Origin: an uncultured bacterium
GTDB lineage: Bacteria; RBG-13-61-14; CAYWKU01
Length of the DNA stretch: 64,000 nt
Direction of reading: 5' to 3'
Assembly: GCA_964459325.1 (NCBI GenBank)
Contig: CAYWKU010000014.1
Span: 15,189-79,188 of the forward strand
In this document: positions 27,161-37,470 of the stretch, piece after piece
How positions within the stretch are numbered: the stretch's first letter is position 1
Layout of the letters: each line of letters starts with the position of its first letter
The notes under the pieces: model-generated
What the model was told of the DNA's origin: nothing
The model's database searches: none
The model's input: the letters and a program-made list of their open reading frames with translations, nothing else
Position numbers and translations under genes: made by a program

Positions 27161-28048
27161 ATGGATGTAAACGTTGTCATCGGCGTCTCGCTTGCCTTGT
27201 TGGGAGCCGTCTTCCTGAATATCGGCAAGGGCGTGGAAAAGATGAAGGTCCAGGTCTTCACCAAAGGCTGGGACATGTTCAAACAGCCTCACATAAAGGA
27301 CCTGGGAATATGGAGCACCGGCATACTGCTTACTCTCTCGTTCGGAGTCTTGCAGTGGCTTGCCATGAGGTTCGTAAACAACCCCTCCCTGGTTACCGCC
27401 ATGAGCGGCTTCGGGCTGGTCGCCCTGGTGTTGTTCGCAGTCAAGATAATAGGGGAGCATATAAACGTCCGCGAGATAATCAGTATCGCAATAATAATGA
27501 TTGCAACCTTCTTTATGAGTTATTACCAGGCCCCCACCAAGGAGATGCACGATTATAACCTGACGGCTCTCCTCATCGGAACCCTGGTTCCCATAAGTTT
27601 CTTCGGTCTGCTTTCGGTCTATGCCCTTTTCACAAAAAAACTTCACGGCTTCGCATGGGGCGCATTCTCAGGCTCCTGCAACGCCATCCCGTCCCTGCTC
27701 CTGAAAGTAAGCTGGGTGGTGGTCGGCACCGAGGTCAGCGTATTCGAGCAACTGAAACATCCTTACATATACCTGGCGTTGCTCGTGGGCATAATCGCAA
27801 CCGCCACCTCACAGGTGGGCTTCTGGCGAGACAGGGCGATTATCGTGGTACCCACGTTCATATCTTTCAACATGATTGTGCCGGCGGTAGTGGAATATTT
27901 CGTCTTCGGAGTATCTCTCTACACCATACAGTTCATCGCAATGGGCGGGATAATTGTCGGGGTTATACTGCTGAGCCTGTCCACTCCCGAGGCCGTGCTT
28001 GCCGTGGACCTCGAGGAAGCGGCAGAGGAGACCGAATCAACCGGCTGA
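27161..28048 (+). CDS. DMT-superfamily membrane transporter (NIPA/EamA-like)
   Basis: About 9 hydrophobic helices; N-terminal GVSLALLGAVFLNIGKGVEK. Confidence 0.65.
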   Translation: MDVNVVIGVSLALLGAVFLNIGKGVEKMKVQVFTKGWDMFKQPHIKDLGIWSTGILLTLSFGVLQWLAMRFVNNPSLVTAMSGFGLVALVLFAVKIIGEHINVREIISIAIIMIATFFMSYYQAPTKEMHDYNLTALLIGTLVPISFFGLLSVYALFTKKLHGFAWGAFSGSCNAIPSLLLKVSWVVVGTEVSVFEQLKHPYIYLALLVGIIATATSQVGFWRDRAIIVVPTFISFNMIVPAVVEYFVFGVSLYTIQFIAMGGIIVGVILLSLSTPEAVLAVDLEEAAEETESTG

Positions 28049-28120
28049 TTGATTGTCGCGGTTGCCGAACGAAAAACCGGTTCATCGAAAATTCATCCGT
28101 TGGATTAAGGAGGGGATGAA

Positions 28121-29128
28121 ATGGCAAAAGTATACTACGACAAGGACGCCGATTTAAAAGCCCTCAAGAATAAAACCGTCGCCATTATCGGCTACGGTAC
28201 TCAGGGCCGCGCCCAGGCTCTGAACCTTCACGATTCCGGACTCAAAGTGATTGTCGGCCAGCGAAAAGGGCCCAGCTTCAACCGGGCCCGCTCGGACGGA
28301 CTGGAGGTCATGTCCGTCGAGGATGCGGCAAAAAAGGCCGATTTCGTGCAGGTGCTGGTGCCGGACGAGTTGATGCCGGACATCTATTACGAATCCGTCG
28401 CGCCACACATGAAGAAGGGTAAAACACTGGGCTTCAGTCACGGATTTAACGTCCATTTCAGCCAGATAGACCCGCCTTCCAACGTGGACGTGGTGATGAT
28501 AGCCCCCAAAGGGCCGGGTAACCTGGTCAGGGTGCAATACGAAGAAGGCAGGGGCGTGCCGGCGCTTATCGCCGTCGAGCGGGATGCCTCGCGCTCGGCG
28601 AAAAAAAAGGCCCTCGCTTACGCCAAGGGTATCGGCGCCACCCGCGCCGGGGTGTTCGAAACCACTTTCCGCGAAGAGACCGAATCCGACCTTTTCGGCG
28701 AACAGGCGGTGTTGTGCGGCGGAGTAACCCGCCTGATGCAAACCGGGTTTCAAATACTGGTGGATGCCGGTTATTCCCCGGAAATCGCATATTTCGAGTG
28801 CATTCACGAAATGAAGTTAATCGTTGACCTCGTCGTGGAGCAGGGTTTTGCGGGAATGAGGGCCGCCATCAGCAACACGGCCGAGTTTGGAGACCTGACA
28901 AAAGGCGACAGAGTCGTAGATGAGTTCGTGCGGGAAAACATGGAGGAGCTGTTGAGCGAAATTCAGAGCGGACAATTCGCCCGCGAGTGGATACTGGAAA
29001 ATAAAGCCGGGCGACCCATGTTCAGAACGCTGAGACAAAAATCGGCGGAGCATCTTGCCGAAAAAACCGGCGAAAAACTGCGCTCAATGATGCCCTGGCT
29101 GAAAAAAACAAAATCCAGAAAGAAATAG
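28121..29128 (+). CDS. ilvC: Ketol-acid reductoisomerase
   Basis: [53 protein letters not shown]. Confidence 0.97.
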   Translation: MAKVYYDKDADLKALKNKTVAIIGYGTQGRAQALNLHDSGLKVIVGQRKGPSFNRARSDGLEVMSVEDAAKKADFVQVLVPDELMPDIYYESVAPHMKKGKTLGFSHGFNVHFSQIDPPSNVDVVMIAPKGPGNLVRVQYEEGRGVPALIAVERDASRSAKKKALAYAKGIGATRAGVFETTFREETESDLFGEQAVLCGGVTRLMQTGFQILVDAGYSPEIAYFECIHEMKLIVDLVVEQGFAGMRAAISNTAEFGDLTKGDRVVDEFVRENMEELLSEIQSGQFAREWILENKAGRPMFRTLRQKSAEHLAEKTGEKLRSMMPWLKKTKSRKK

Positions 29129-29137
29129 AATCCGGAC

Positions 29138-29575
29138 TCAATCGGAGCTCGCAACCTCCAGGTAGGCGCGGAACAGCTTCCTGGCTTCGGAGCCGGCTTG
29201 TTCATCCACCAGCCGGGACATGTATTCCAGGAGTTGAAGAGAGGTATAAATATCCAGCTCTCTCAGAAATTCCAACAGTTCCCGTTCACCCTGTTCCAAC
29301 AGTTCCAGCCTGCGAAAGCCTTCTCCGTGAGCCGATTCCGCTCCCATGCTCCTGATAGCCCGGCTCGCACAAGCTCTCAGCCACAGTTCATCGAAGTTAG
29401 TTTTCAGAACCCACGCCAACTGGCGGCAACGGGGTTTTCCCGGGGGCGGGCATTTCCCCGTTTCCAGTTGGTGGATGTAAGCTCCGCTAACCTGGATGGA
29501 ATCGGCAAGCTCCTGCTGGGTCATTCTCATACCCTTGCGCAATGATTTTACATGGTTGCCGAAAGAGGACTTCAT
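29138..29575 (-). CDS. XRE-family HTH regulator
   Basis: FGNHVKSLRKGMRMTQQELADSIQVSGAYIHQLETGKCPPP. Confidence 0.85.
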   Translation of the reverse strand: MKSSFGNHVKSLRKGMRMTQQELADSIQVSGAYIHQLETGKCPPPGKPRCRQLAWVLKTNFDELWLRACASRAIRSMGAESAHGEGFRRLELLEQGERELLEFLRELDIYTSLQLLEYMSRLVDEQAGSEARKLFRAYLEVASSD

Positions 29576-29707
29576 AGCTTCTTAAGTAATTTACTTCAAA
29601 ATGCGCCCGAATGCCACTGCCGATAAACGAAGGCAAAGGAACCGGGGACGTAAGGGATTGTCATAACAAACAGTCCCCAAGTGGGCGAAAAAGCGATGGT
29701 TTGGAAA

Positions 29708-29876
29708 GGGTCTGCGACATAAATGTGGGGCAAACGGAACGGCGACGTCCTTCTCAGGCCGCACGGCTCGCCGGCAAGGGAAATGCCGCCGGGCCGGACG
29801 GCTCGTATGAGACGGCGGCGTTCCGAACCATACAACCGGTGGAAGTCCTAAAAACTCACTTTCATGTCGCAGGCCC
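29708..29876. mobile_element. MITE family 2 (169 bp) with 9-bp target duplication
   Basis: Imperfect TIR GGGTCTGCGACATAAA / TTTCATGTCGCAGGCCC; direct repeat GTTTGGAAA at 29699-29707 and 29877-29885. Confidence 0.85.
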
Positions 29877-30003
29877 GTTTGGAAATCGGCGGTTGACATC
29901 GTCAACCCCCGAATTACCATCATCACACTAAGCCTTGAGGGTTCTTCAGGGACTGAAAAAGCGTTCAAAAACCCGGGCGAGTGAGAAAATACCATTTAGT
30001 TCA

Positions 30004-30933
30004 ATGAAAACGGCGCCTTACATAGACAAATACATCTGGGTGCTCAACGTTATACTGCTGGTATTCCTGGGTTGGGCGGCGGCGAAAACCACTGCAACCG
30101 CCGTACGGTCATATCATTCTCAACCAGACACGGTAAGAGCATGGGTCCCCCCTCAACTCGAAGAAGCAACCGGGGAGAAAGGCTTTCCCAAGTCCGTTGA
30201 GTTGATAGAGGAACGAAACATTTTTAACGCCAAGCTCAAGGAAGAAAGCCCGGAGGAAAAAGGGAAAGCCCAGCAAACCGTTCAGCAAGGCCCGTTGAAC
30301 CTTGAGCTTACGGGAGTAGCCATCGGGCCGGGATGGGCCTTTGCCACCATACACAACAAAAAAAAGCGGAAAAACTACGTGGTAACCCTTGGTGAGGAAA
30401 TTGAACCGGGCGTGGTGGTAGCCTCCATCGAGCACGACAGGGTGCTCTTCGAACGCTCGGACGGCAGCCTGGAGGAAATCTTCCTCATGTTCAACGAAAA
30501 ACCCACCGTAACTCAGAGAACTCAATCCCGGAGACCCAAACGTTACGCCGACAGAGCTCCCACAAACGAAAACGGCGCCGATTACGGAAAAATGGTGAAA
30601 GCCATATCCGATACCGAATACGTTATAGACCGCGAAGGTTTCCAATCGGCCATGAGCAACATCAATGAAATAGTCACCCAGGCCAGGATGGTTCCCAACT
30701 TTACTCCCGACAGGCAAGTAGACGGCTTCAGGATATTCCGCGTGAAGCCCAGAAGCGTATTTCGTGAGTTGGGGCTGCGCAACGGCGATGTGATTCAGGA
30801 GGTCAACGGAATAGAACTGGACGACCCCACCAAGGGGCTGGAGTTGTTCCAGACCTTGAAAGACCAAAGCAATTTCACCATCAACCTAAAGCGCGGAAAC
30901 CAGAAAATGAGCTTTACTTACACGGTAAAGTGA
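30004..30933 (+). CDS. gspC: Type II secretion protein C (with PDZ)
   Basis: N-terminal TM, IEERNIF, LELTGVAIG, ARMVPNF...GFRIFRVKPRSVFRELGLRNGDVI PDZ. Confidence 0.9.
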   Translation: MKTAPYIDKYIWVLNVILLVFLGWAAAKTTATAVRSYHSQPDTVRAWVPPQLEEATGEKGFPKSVELIEERNIFNAKLKEESPEEKGKAQQTVQQGPLNLELTGVAIGPGWAFATIHNKKKRKNYVVTLGEEIEPGVVVASIEHDRVLFERSDGSLEEIFLMFNEKPTVTQRTQSRRPKRYADRAPTNENGADYGKMVKAISDTEYVIDREGFQSAMSNINEIVTQARMVPNFTPDRQVDGFRIFRVKPRSVFRELGLRNGDVIQEVNGIELDDPTKGLELFQTLKDQSNFTINLKRGNQKMSFTYTVK

Positions 30934-30942
30934 TTCATCATA

Positions 30943-33318
30943 TTGTATTTTCAAACCTCGTATGGAGGGTGGAAGCTGGTGGTAAAATATTTTCTTAAAA
31001 TTCAACCGGTTCTGTTTTGTGTTGCGCTGATTTTCTTCGCGCCACTCACCGGAGCCCAGGAAACCGAAGAAGAAAATCCGGCCACTGCCGAAGAGGAGAT
31101 AGCGGAGTCGGGCTTCGAAGAAACCGAAGCCGGTAAGCCGGAAACGGGTGGCGAAGAAGATGTAACACTGAACTTCGTCGACATGGAACTCAGCGAAGTA
31201 ATAACCAACATCTCGAAAATTACCGGCAAAAATTTCATTTGGGACAAAAAGGTAAGGGGAAAAGTAACCATCATCTCCCCCGAAGGCATCCCCGTCGAGG
31301 AGGCGTGGGAAGTTTTCCAGGCGGTTATGAGGTTTAACGGATATCAACTCGTGCCCGTAAAAGGAGTGAGGGAATTATATAAAATTGTCCGGGTGCAGGA
31401 AGCCGGCGGACAAACCATACCCACTTACACCGAAGGATTGTGGAGCCCGCGCACCGAGTCCTTCGTGACCAGGCTTCTCGAACTCCAGTATATCGACGCT
31501 CAAAGCGCGGCCCAGGTGTTGAATAACCTGAAAAGCAAGGAAGCCAAGGTTCTGCCATACCCGCCCACCAATACCCTGATAGTCATCGAAAGCGCCAACA
31601 ATTTGAACCGCCTCGTACGGGTGCTCCAGCAGATGGATGTGCCGGTCAAACTGCCCCAGGTGAAAATAATAAAGCTCAATTACGCCCCGGCGGAAAAAAT
31701 CGCCAGCGAGCTGTCCCAGATATTCAGCGAGGAATACCTCGGCGCCTTAATGGGAGGCGATACGGGTGGAGCCTCTTCACGCCAGGGGCGCTCCCGCAGA
31801 AGTCCGAGGCAGCAGGCTTCTTCCCAACAGGCCGGAAAGGCGCTCAAAATAATCCCGGACACGCGCACAAACTCGCTCATAGTAATCGCCACCGAAGAAA
31901 TAATGGGCGAAGTCATTCGGGTAATCGAGGAGCTGGACGTCGCCGTGGAAGGCGAAGAAGGTATATATGTCTATTACTGCCGGAACGCCTCGGCAGAGGA
32001 GCTGGCGTCCACTTTGTCTTCACTGGCGGGTGGAGGTAAAGGAGGAAGCCAGACCGGTGTTCGCGCAGTGGCGGCCAAAGCCAGGGAAGGCGGTGAACAA
32101 GGCGGCGGAAGACGGGAAGCTCAGCCCTCAAAGGGAGCCGCCGTAAGCCAGCTTGCGCTGGGAACGTTAAGCGGCGAGGTAAGGGTAACCGCCGACGAAG
32201 CCACCAATAGCCTGGTAATAGTGGCCAGTCGGAGAGACTATGCCATCCTGCGTAGTGTTATCGAAAAGCTGGACGTCAGGCGCAGGCAGGTATTCGTCGA
32301 AGCGGTTATACTGGAAGTGGAACTCTCCCGGAACGACAGCTTCGGCACCAGCCTGTCCGGCGCGGCGGCCATCGACCACGAAGCCGCCGTTTTCGGCTCC
32401 ACGGCCCTGGGCGGTTTGAACTCGCTGGGCATTCTCCCGGCACTCACAACCAACGGGGGCTCTCTGGGGGAAGCCATGCCCGGCGGCTTCAGCGTAGGCG
32501 CCCTGGGGAAAACCGTAACCTTGAATGTAGGCGGCGCCACCCTTGAGGTGCCCACTTTCAGCGCCCTGTTCAACGCCCTGGTGGCCACCAACAACGTCAA
32601 CGTGCTCTCCACGCCCAACCTGCTTACCACCGATAACGAGCAGGCGGAGATAGTGGTGGGGCAGAACGTTCCCATACCCACCGGCTCCACCGTCGGCTCC
32701 GGGGGCACCACCACCGTTACCATTCAGCGGCAGAACGTGGGCATCAAGATGAAGGTTACGCCCCAGATAAGTGAGAGCAAAACCATAAGAATGGTCATTT
32801 TCACCGAAATTTCCGGAGTGGTGCAAACCGCCGTGGCGGGAATCGACGTGAACACCCTGGGCGTCACCACCAGCATAAAGAGCGCTGAAACCACCGTGGT
32901 GGTGGACAACCACCAGACCGTGGTCATCGGCGGACTCATTGAAAACAGGAAGACCCGTTCCACCGGCAAGGTGCCGTTTCTGGGCGACATTCCCATACTT
33001 GGATGGCTGTTCAAAAGCCGTAGCGGGCAAAACACCAAGACAAACCTCGTCATCCTGCTTACCCCTCATATAGTCCGGGGCGCGGAAGATATGTCCGAGC
33101 TTTCCGACCGTTACAACCAGCGGCGAAAGCGGTTCCTGGACAAGGCTACGGGAGGTCGTTACGAGGAACCCTTCTATATGGAACCACTCATGCTGCCCGA
33201 GGATAACGCCACATCCGAAGAGAAAATAGAACCGTCACACGAAACATTCGAGAGAGAAAGAATAATCCCGGGACCGGAACCGTTAACGCCACAGAAAGAA
33301 GGGACGGCAGCGCCATGA
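30943..33318 (+). CDS. gspD: Type II secretion secretin D
   Basis: VTLNFVD, PDTRTNSLIV, LDVRRRQVFVEAVILEV, VLSTPNLLTTDNEQA, KVPFLGDIPILGWLF. Start may be GTG 30979. Confidence 0.95.
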   Translation: MYFQTSYGGWKLVVKYFLKIQPVLFCVALIFFAPLTGAQETEEENPATAEEEIAESGFEETEAGKPETGGEEDVTLNFVDMELSEVITNISKITGKNFIWDKKVRGKVTIISPEGIPVEEAWEVFQAVMRFNGYQLVPVKGVRELYKIVRVQEAGGQTIPTYTEGLWSPRTESFVTRLLELQYIDAQSAAQVLNNLKSKEAKVLPYPPTNTLIVIESANNLNRLVRVLQQMDVPVKLPQVKIIKLNYAPAEKIASELSQIFSEEYLGALMGGDTGGASSRQGRSRRSPRQQASSQQAGKALKIIPDTRTNSLIVIATEEIMGEVIRVIEELDVAVEGEEGIYVYYCRNASAEELASTLSSLAGGGKGGSQTGVRAVAAKAREGGEQGGGRREAQPSKGAAVSQLALGTLSGEVRVTADEATNSLVIVASRRDYAILRSVIEKLDVRRRQVFVEAVILEVELSRNDSFGTSLSGAAAIDHEAAVFGSTALGGLNSLGILPALTTNGGSLGEAMPGGFSVGALGKTVTLNVGGATLEVPTFSALFNALVATNNVNVLSTPNLLTTDNEQAEIVVGQNVPIPTGSTVGSGGTTTVTIQRQNVGIKMKVTPQISESKTIRMVIFTEISGVVQTAVAGIDVNTLGVTTSIKSAETTVVVDNHQTVVIGGLIENRKTRSTGKVPFLGDIPILGWLFKSRSGQNTKTNLVILLTPHIVRGAEDMSELSDRYNQRRKRFLDKATGGRYEEPFYMEPLMLPEDNATSEEKIEPSHETFERERIIPGPEPLTPQKEGTAAP

Positions 33319-35027
33319 ATGACCGCATAGGGGAAAGGCTGGTGGCAAAAGGTATACTGGACACCTCCGACCTGGAAAGGGCCTTACAAATCCAGAAGGA
33401 GAAGGGAGAAAGGCTGGGAAAGATATTAATGAAAGAAGGATTGGTGTCCGGGGATATACTTTACCGCGAACTGGCCTCCCAGATGGGGGTGGAGTATATC
33501 AAGGAAATCCCTCACGATGAAATGGACCTCGACCTCATCAAGGATTTGCCCATCCAGTTTGCCAAACGATACCAGATGCTGCCTTATGACCGAAAAAACG
33601 GAACCATACTGGTCGCCACCGCCGACCCGCTGAACTTTTACGCCCTGGATGACCTGAGGCAATTGCTCGGAACGGAAGTCCTGCCCGCACTCACCAATGA
33701 AGACGCGGTGATGGAAGCCATAAACGAAGTATACGACCGCGCCGCCGAAAGCGCTCAGAGAGCCATGGACGGCCTGAGCGACGAGAAGGGACTCGAGTCA
33801 TTAACTCACGAGTTCGACGAGCCTCAGGACCTGTTGGATGCTTCCGATGAAGCTCCCATCATAAGACTGGTAAACAGCCTGCTTTTCCAGGCCGTCAAGG
33901 AGCGGGCCAGCGATATTCACATAGAACCCTTCGAGAAGGAGGTGAGCGTCCGGTTCAGAATCGACGGCGTGCTCAGGGAAATAATCCGCCCGCCCAAACG
34001 GTTCCAGAACTCCATATCCAGCCGCGTTAAAGTCATGGCGGGGCTGAACATCGCGGAAAAGCGCCTCCCCCAGGATGGGCGTATCCGCATAAAAATCGCG
34101 GGCAAAGATATCGATATACGAATCTCGACAATACCCGTCGCTCACGGCGAACGGCTGGTGCTGCGGCTGCTGGACAAGGGCAGCATGATACTCAGCCTCG
34201 AGGACATCGGCATGGAAGGCGACGTCCTGTCCAGGATGAACCGGCTTATTCACCGCTCCAACGGCATAGTCCTGGTAACCGGCCCCACCGGCAGCGGAAA
34301 AACCACCACCCTGTACGCCTCCCTTACCCGCATAAACAAACCGGATTTAAACATCATCACGGTGGAAGACCCGGTCGAGTATCAGGTGCCGGGTATCGGG
34401 CAGATACAGGTTAACCCCAAGATAAACCTGACTTTCGCCAACGGCCTGAGAAACATACTGCGCCAGGACCCGGATGTCATCATGGTGGGGGAGGTGCGCG
34501 ACGTTGAAACTGCGGACATCGCCATCCAGGCTTCCCTGACGGGCCACCTGGTTTTCAGCACCCTCCACACCAACGACGCCGCCGGAGCGCTCACCCGACT
34601 GCTGGACATGGGAATAGAGCCGTTCCTGGTGGGCAGCTCTCTCGCTGCCAGCATGGCCCAGCGGCTGATAAGGGTACTGTGCAAAAATTGCCGCGAGCCT
34701 TACGAACCAACAGACGCGGAACTCGAAGAACTCGGCCTCTCCCGCGAGCAGGTGAGAGATGAGGGCTTCTACAGGCCGGTCGGTTGCGACCATTGCCTCA
34801 ACACCGGCTATTCCGGCAGAACCGGCATTTTTGAACTCTTGATGGTCGATGATGAAATCCGCGACCTGATAGTCAACCGCTCCGACAGCGTTAAAATCAA
34901 GAAAAGCGCTATGTCCAGGGGCATGAGAACCCTCCGGGACGACGGGGCGCTGAAAGTTATTGCCGGTGTTACCAGCGTAGCCGAGGTGCTTGCCGTTACA
35001 CAGGAAGACTCGGTACCGGTCACTTAA
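33315..35027 (+). CDS. gspE: Type II secretion ATPase E
   Basis: ASDIHIEP, GPTGSGKTTT, ILRQDPDVIMVGEVRD, TGHLVFSTLHTND, CxxC/CxxC. Confidence 0.96.
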   Translation: MNDRIGERLVAKGILDTSDLERALQIQKEKGERLGKILMKEGLVSGDILYRELASQMGVEYIKEIPHDEMDLDLIKDLPIQFAKRYQMLPYDRKNGTILVATADPLNFYALDDLRQLLGTEVLPALTNEDAVMEAINEVYDRAAESAQRAMDGLSDEKGLESLTHEFDEPQDLLDASDEAPIIRLVNSLLFQAVKERASDIHIEPFEKEVSVRFRIDGVLREIIRPPKRFQNSISSRVKVMAGLNIAEKRLPQDGRIRIKIAGKDIDIRISTIPVAHGERLVLRLLDKGSMILSLEDIGMEGDVLSRMNRLIHRSNGIVLVTGPTGSGKTTTLYASLTRINKPDLNIITVEDPVEYQVPGIGQIQVNPKINLTFANGLRNILRQDPDVIMVGEVRDVETADIAIQASLTGHLVFSTLHTNDAAGALTRLLDMGIEPFLVGSSLAASMAQRLIRVLCKNCREPYEPTDAELEELGLSREQVRDEGFYRPVGCDHCLNTGYSGRTGIFELLMVDDEIRDLIVNRSDSVKIKKSAMSRGMRTLRDDGALKVIAGVTSVAEVLAVTQEDSVPVT

Positions 35028-35033
35028 CAACAA

Positions 35034-36257
35034 ATGCCTGTATTCGAGTATAAAGGCTGGGATGCTCAGGGAAAGCGCACCCAAGGCGTAATAGACGCCG
35101 ACGGTCCCCAGGCAGCCAGGGTAAAACTCAAACGCGCCGGCATATACACTATCGAGCTTAATCAACGCAAGCTCGAGAAGGAAAAAACCTGGCAGCGTAA
35201 GTTATCCCTGTCCCGCAAAAGCGGCGGCATAGGCCGGCGTGACGTAAGTCTTTCCACAAGGCAGCTGGCTACACTCATCGGCGGAGGGCTGCCGCTCATA
35301 ACCGCCCTTAACGCACTTGTGGAGCAAGTGGAAAACGAGCGGCTGACGGCCGTTCTGTCCGATGTCAGAGAGAGAATCAACGAAGGCGCCAGCTTTGCCG
35401 ACGCCATGGCGGCACATCCCACCGTATTCTCACCCCTTTACGTTAACATGATACGGGCCGGAGAAACTTCCGGAGCGCTGGAAGTTGTGTTGAACCGGCT
35501 GGCGGATTTTCTGGAAGGGCAGGAAGAACTTCGCGGCAAAATCATGTCCGCCCTTATCTACCCGGCGATTATGCTGGCGGTGGGGATAATCGTGGTGCTT
35601 TTCATGGTGGGTTACGTTATTCCGCAAGTTCAGGTGATTTTCGAGGAAACTCAACAGGCGCTGCCGTTACCCACCACAATTCTGCTGGGTTTCACCGACT
35701 TTGTCCGCAGTTGGGGATGGCTGGCGGCATTGGGATTGATAGGGGCCATTTTCGGATTTCGCCACTACATAAAAACGGAAAAGGGCCGGAGAAAATGGGA
35801 CAGTCTCCGTATTAACGCGCCCGTCTTCGGCAAGCTCCACCTGACCGTGGCTACCAGCAGGTTCGCCAGAACCCTCTCGACCCTTTTATCCAGCGGCGTT
35901 CCGCTGGTGCGAAGCCTGGATATAGTGGAGCACGTGATGGGCAATACCCTCCTGGCCGAAGCGGTGCAAAATTCCCGAAACGCCATAGCCGAAGGCGCGG
36001 ACCTGGCTGCGCCGCTGAAGCAAAGTCAACTGTTCCCACCCATAGTGGTGCACATGGTGGCCGTGGGGGAAAAGACGGGCGAACTCGAGCAAATGCTCAC
36101 TCATGTAGCCGAGGCTTACGACACGGAGGTGGAGTTGCGGGTGAGGAGTCTGACCTCCATGCTGGAACCGGCCATGCTGATTATGATGGGCGCTGTTATA
36201 GGTTTCGTGGTGGTAAGCGTTCTGCTGCCCATATTCCAGATGACTCAGGGATTTTAG
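35034..36257 (+). CDS. gspF: Type II secretion inner-membrane platform F
   Basis: TRQLATLIGGGLPL, AGETSGALE, SALIYPA, GEKTGELE, MLEPAM. Confidence 0.95.
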   Translation: MPVFEYKGWDAQGKRTQGVIDADGPQAARVKLKRAGIYTIELNQRKLEKEKTWQRKLSLSRKSGGIGRRDVSLSTRQLATLIGGGLPLITALNALVEQVENERLTAVLSDVRERINEGASFADAMAAHPTVFSPLYVNMIRAGETSGALEVVLNRLADFLEGQEELRGKIMSALIYPAIMLAVGIIVVLFMVGYVIPQVQVIFEETQQALPLPTTILLGFTDFVRSWGWLAALGLIGAIFGFRHYIKTEKGRRKWDSLRINAPVFGKLHLTVATSRFARTLSTLLSSGVPLVRSLDIVEHVMGNTLLAEAVQNSRNAIAEGADLAAPLKQSQLFPPIVVHMVAVGEKTGELEQMLTHVAEAYDTEVELRVRSLTSMLEPAMLIMMGAVIGFVVVSVLLPIFQMTQGF

Positions 36258-36287
36258 TCCGTGCGAAAAGGCTTGCCTGGCCGCGGT

Positions 36288-36893
36288 TTATTTTAAAACT
36301 TTTTTCTGCGCGCCGGCTTTCGGACGGAGGGACATGAGGTCGTCGGGCCAGAATATCTTTTCACCCGCCCTTCCCCATGAGCGCGCCATGAGGACAGTGC
36401 TGTTGTTACGCCTCTGAGCTGCGATTCCCCACAAGGTTACTTCCTCGGAAATGTATTGGACGATTGTCGCTCCGGGAGTTTGCATTGTCCACGCTTCGGT
36501 ATTGACCATGGATTTTTCCAAGCGCATTTGCCTCGGCTGATGACCCATTTTCAGTATTCGCGTCTTGCCGTAAATGTCCCTGCCCATTCGAAGGTTTCTT
36601 CTTACATCATCGAACTCGAACCTGTGAACGGTTGTCCCCTTGCGGGGGCCTTTTTGGATGTAAGTCTGGTTCTCTATCTCGACGCCATCTTCATCGCGCT
36701 CCACCACCTGCCTCCTCACCTGGAGCTTATCGTTAATGTGATAAAGTATCCAGTCTCCCTGCCGCATATCTTCCATGGCGGTCATTATCTGCTTTTGATA
36801 ACGCTGCGGCACGGTATCTTCATAAACGCAAGACACCGTCGCGCAGGCGCACAAACAAATGACTGAAGCAAGTAAAAACCCGGAGCTTTTCAT
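36288..36893 (-). CDS. Hypothetical exported protein or lipoprotein
   Basis: MKSSGFLLASVICLCACATVSC signal/lipobox-like start; ATGA overlap with the upstream gene. Confidence 0.6.
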   Translation of the reverse strand: MKSSGFLLASVICLCACATVSCVYEDTVPQRYQKQIMTAMEDMRQGDWILYHINDKLQVRRQVVERDEDGVEIENQTYIQKGPRKGTTVHRFEFDDVRRNLRMGRDIYGKTRILKMGHQPRQMRLEKSMVNTEAWTMQTPGATIVQYISEEVTLWGIAAQRRNNSTVLMARSWGRAGEKIFWPDDLMSLRPKAGAQKKVLK

Positions 36894-37258
36894 TGTCCCA
36901 AGCATTGTTTTCTGTATCTTTCCAACTCCGCTTCGTATTCTTTGGTATTCTTGTATGCTTTGCATTTCACAAAAACGCCCCATCTGAAGTTTGCGCCCCG
37001 CTCGTTACGTCGTTCGACGAGACCCTTCACCTCCTCCTCCACCCTTGCGTACTCACTTTCGCACTGTTCCGGAGAATCCGTGAGCAGGGTGTCCCTGAGC
37101 ATGCAATCAGTATCGGTTTTACCCACCCATAGAAAGCTCGCATAAACGCCGGTTTCCCCCTCATCGGATGAATTATCCTCTTGCTCTGCCGCTACAAATG
37201 AACCAACTGCCAACAAAACGAAAAGGACCACCACGGAACGGGCAAGCGCTCGTTTCAT
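36890..37258 (-). CDS. Hypothetical secreted protein, 4 Cys
   Basis: Signal peptide MKRALARSVVVLFVLLAVGSFVAA, RBS GGAGGG. Confidence 0.65.
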   Translation of the reverse strand: MKRALARSVVVLFVLLAVGSFVAAEQEDNSSDEGETGVYASFLWVGKTDTDCMLRDTLLTDSPEQCESEYARVEEEVKGLVERRNERGANFRWGVFVKCKAYKNTKEYEAELERYRKQCLGQ

Positions 37259-37470
37259 CGGATTCCCTCCTTAGCAAGCCGACTAATTAACTTCAATTCA
37301 GGAGGATACTCGACCCAATCCCGCTCCACAACCCCGCATCCGAAACGTGGCCGGTCAAACGAGATGAAACCTCACCTCTTGCGGAAATCCATGTGCCCGT
37401 TTAATATGCAAGTAACGGCAGGGGAAGCAAACAAATCCATCGGCAAAAAGCATAACAGGGGATTGTAAAA

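Noticed and set aside
29591-29995. ORFs across the XRE-gspC intergenic region
   Set aside because: Made largely of MITE 2 sequence; no transposase motifs.
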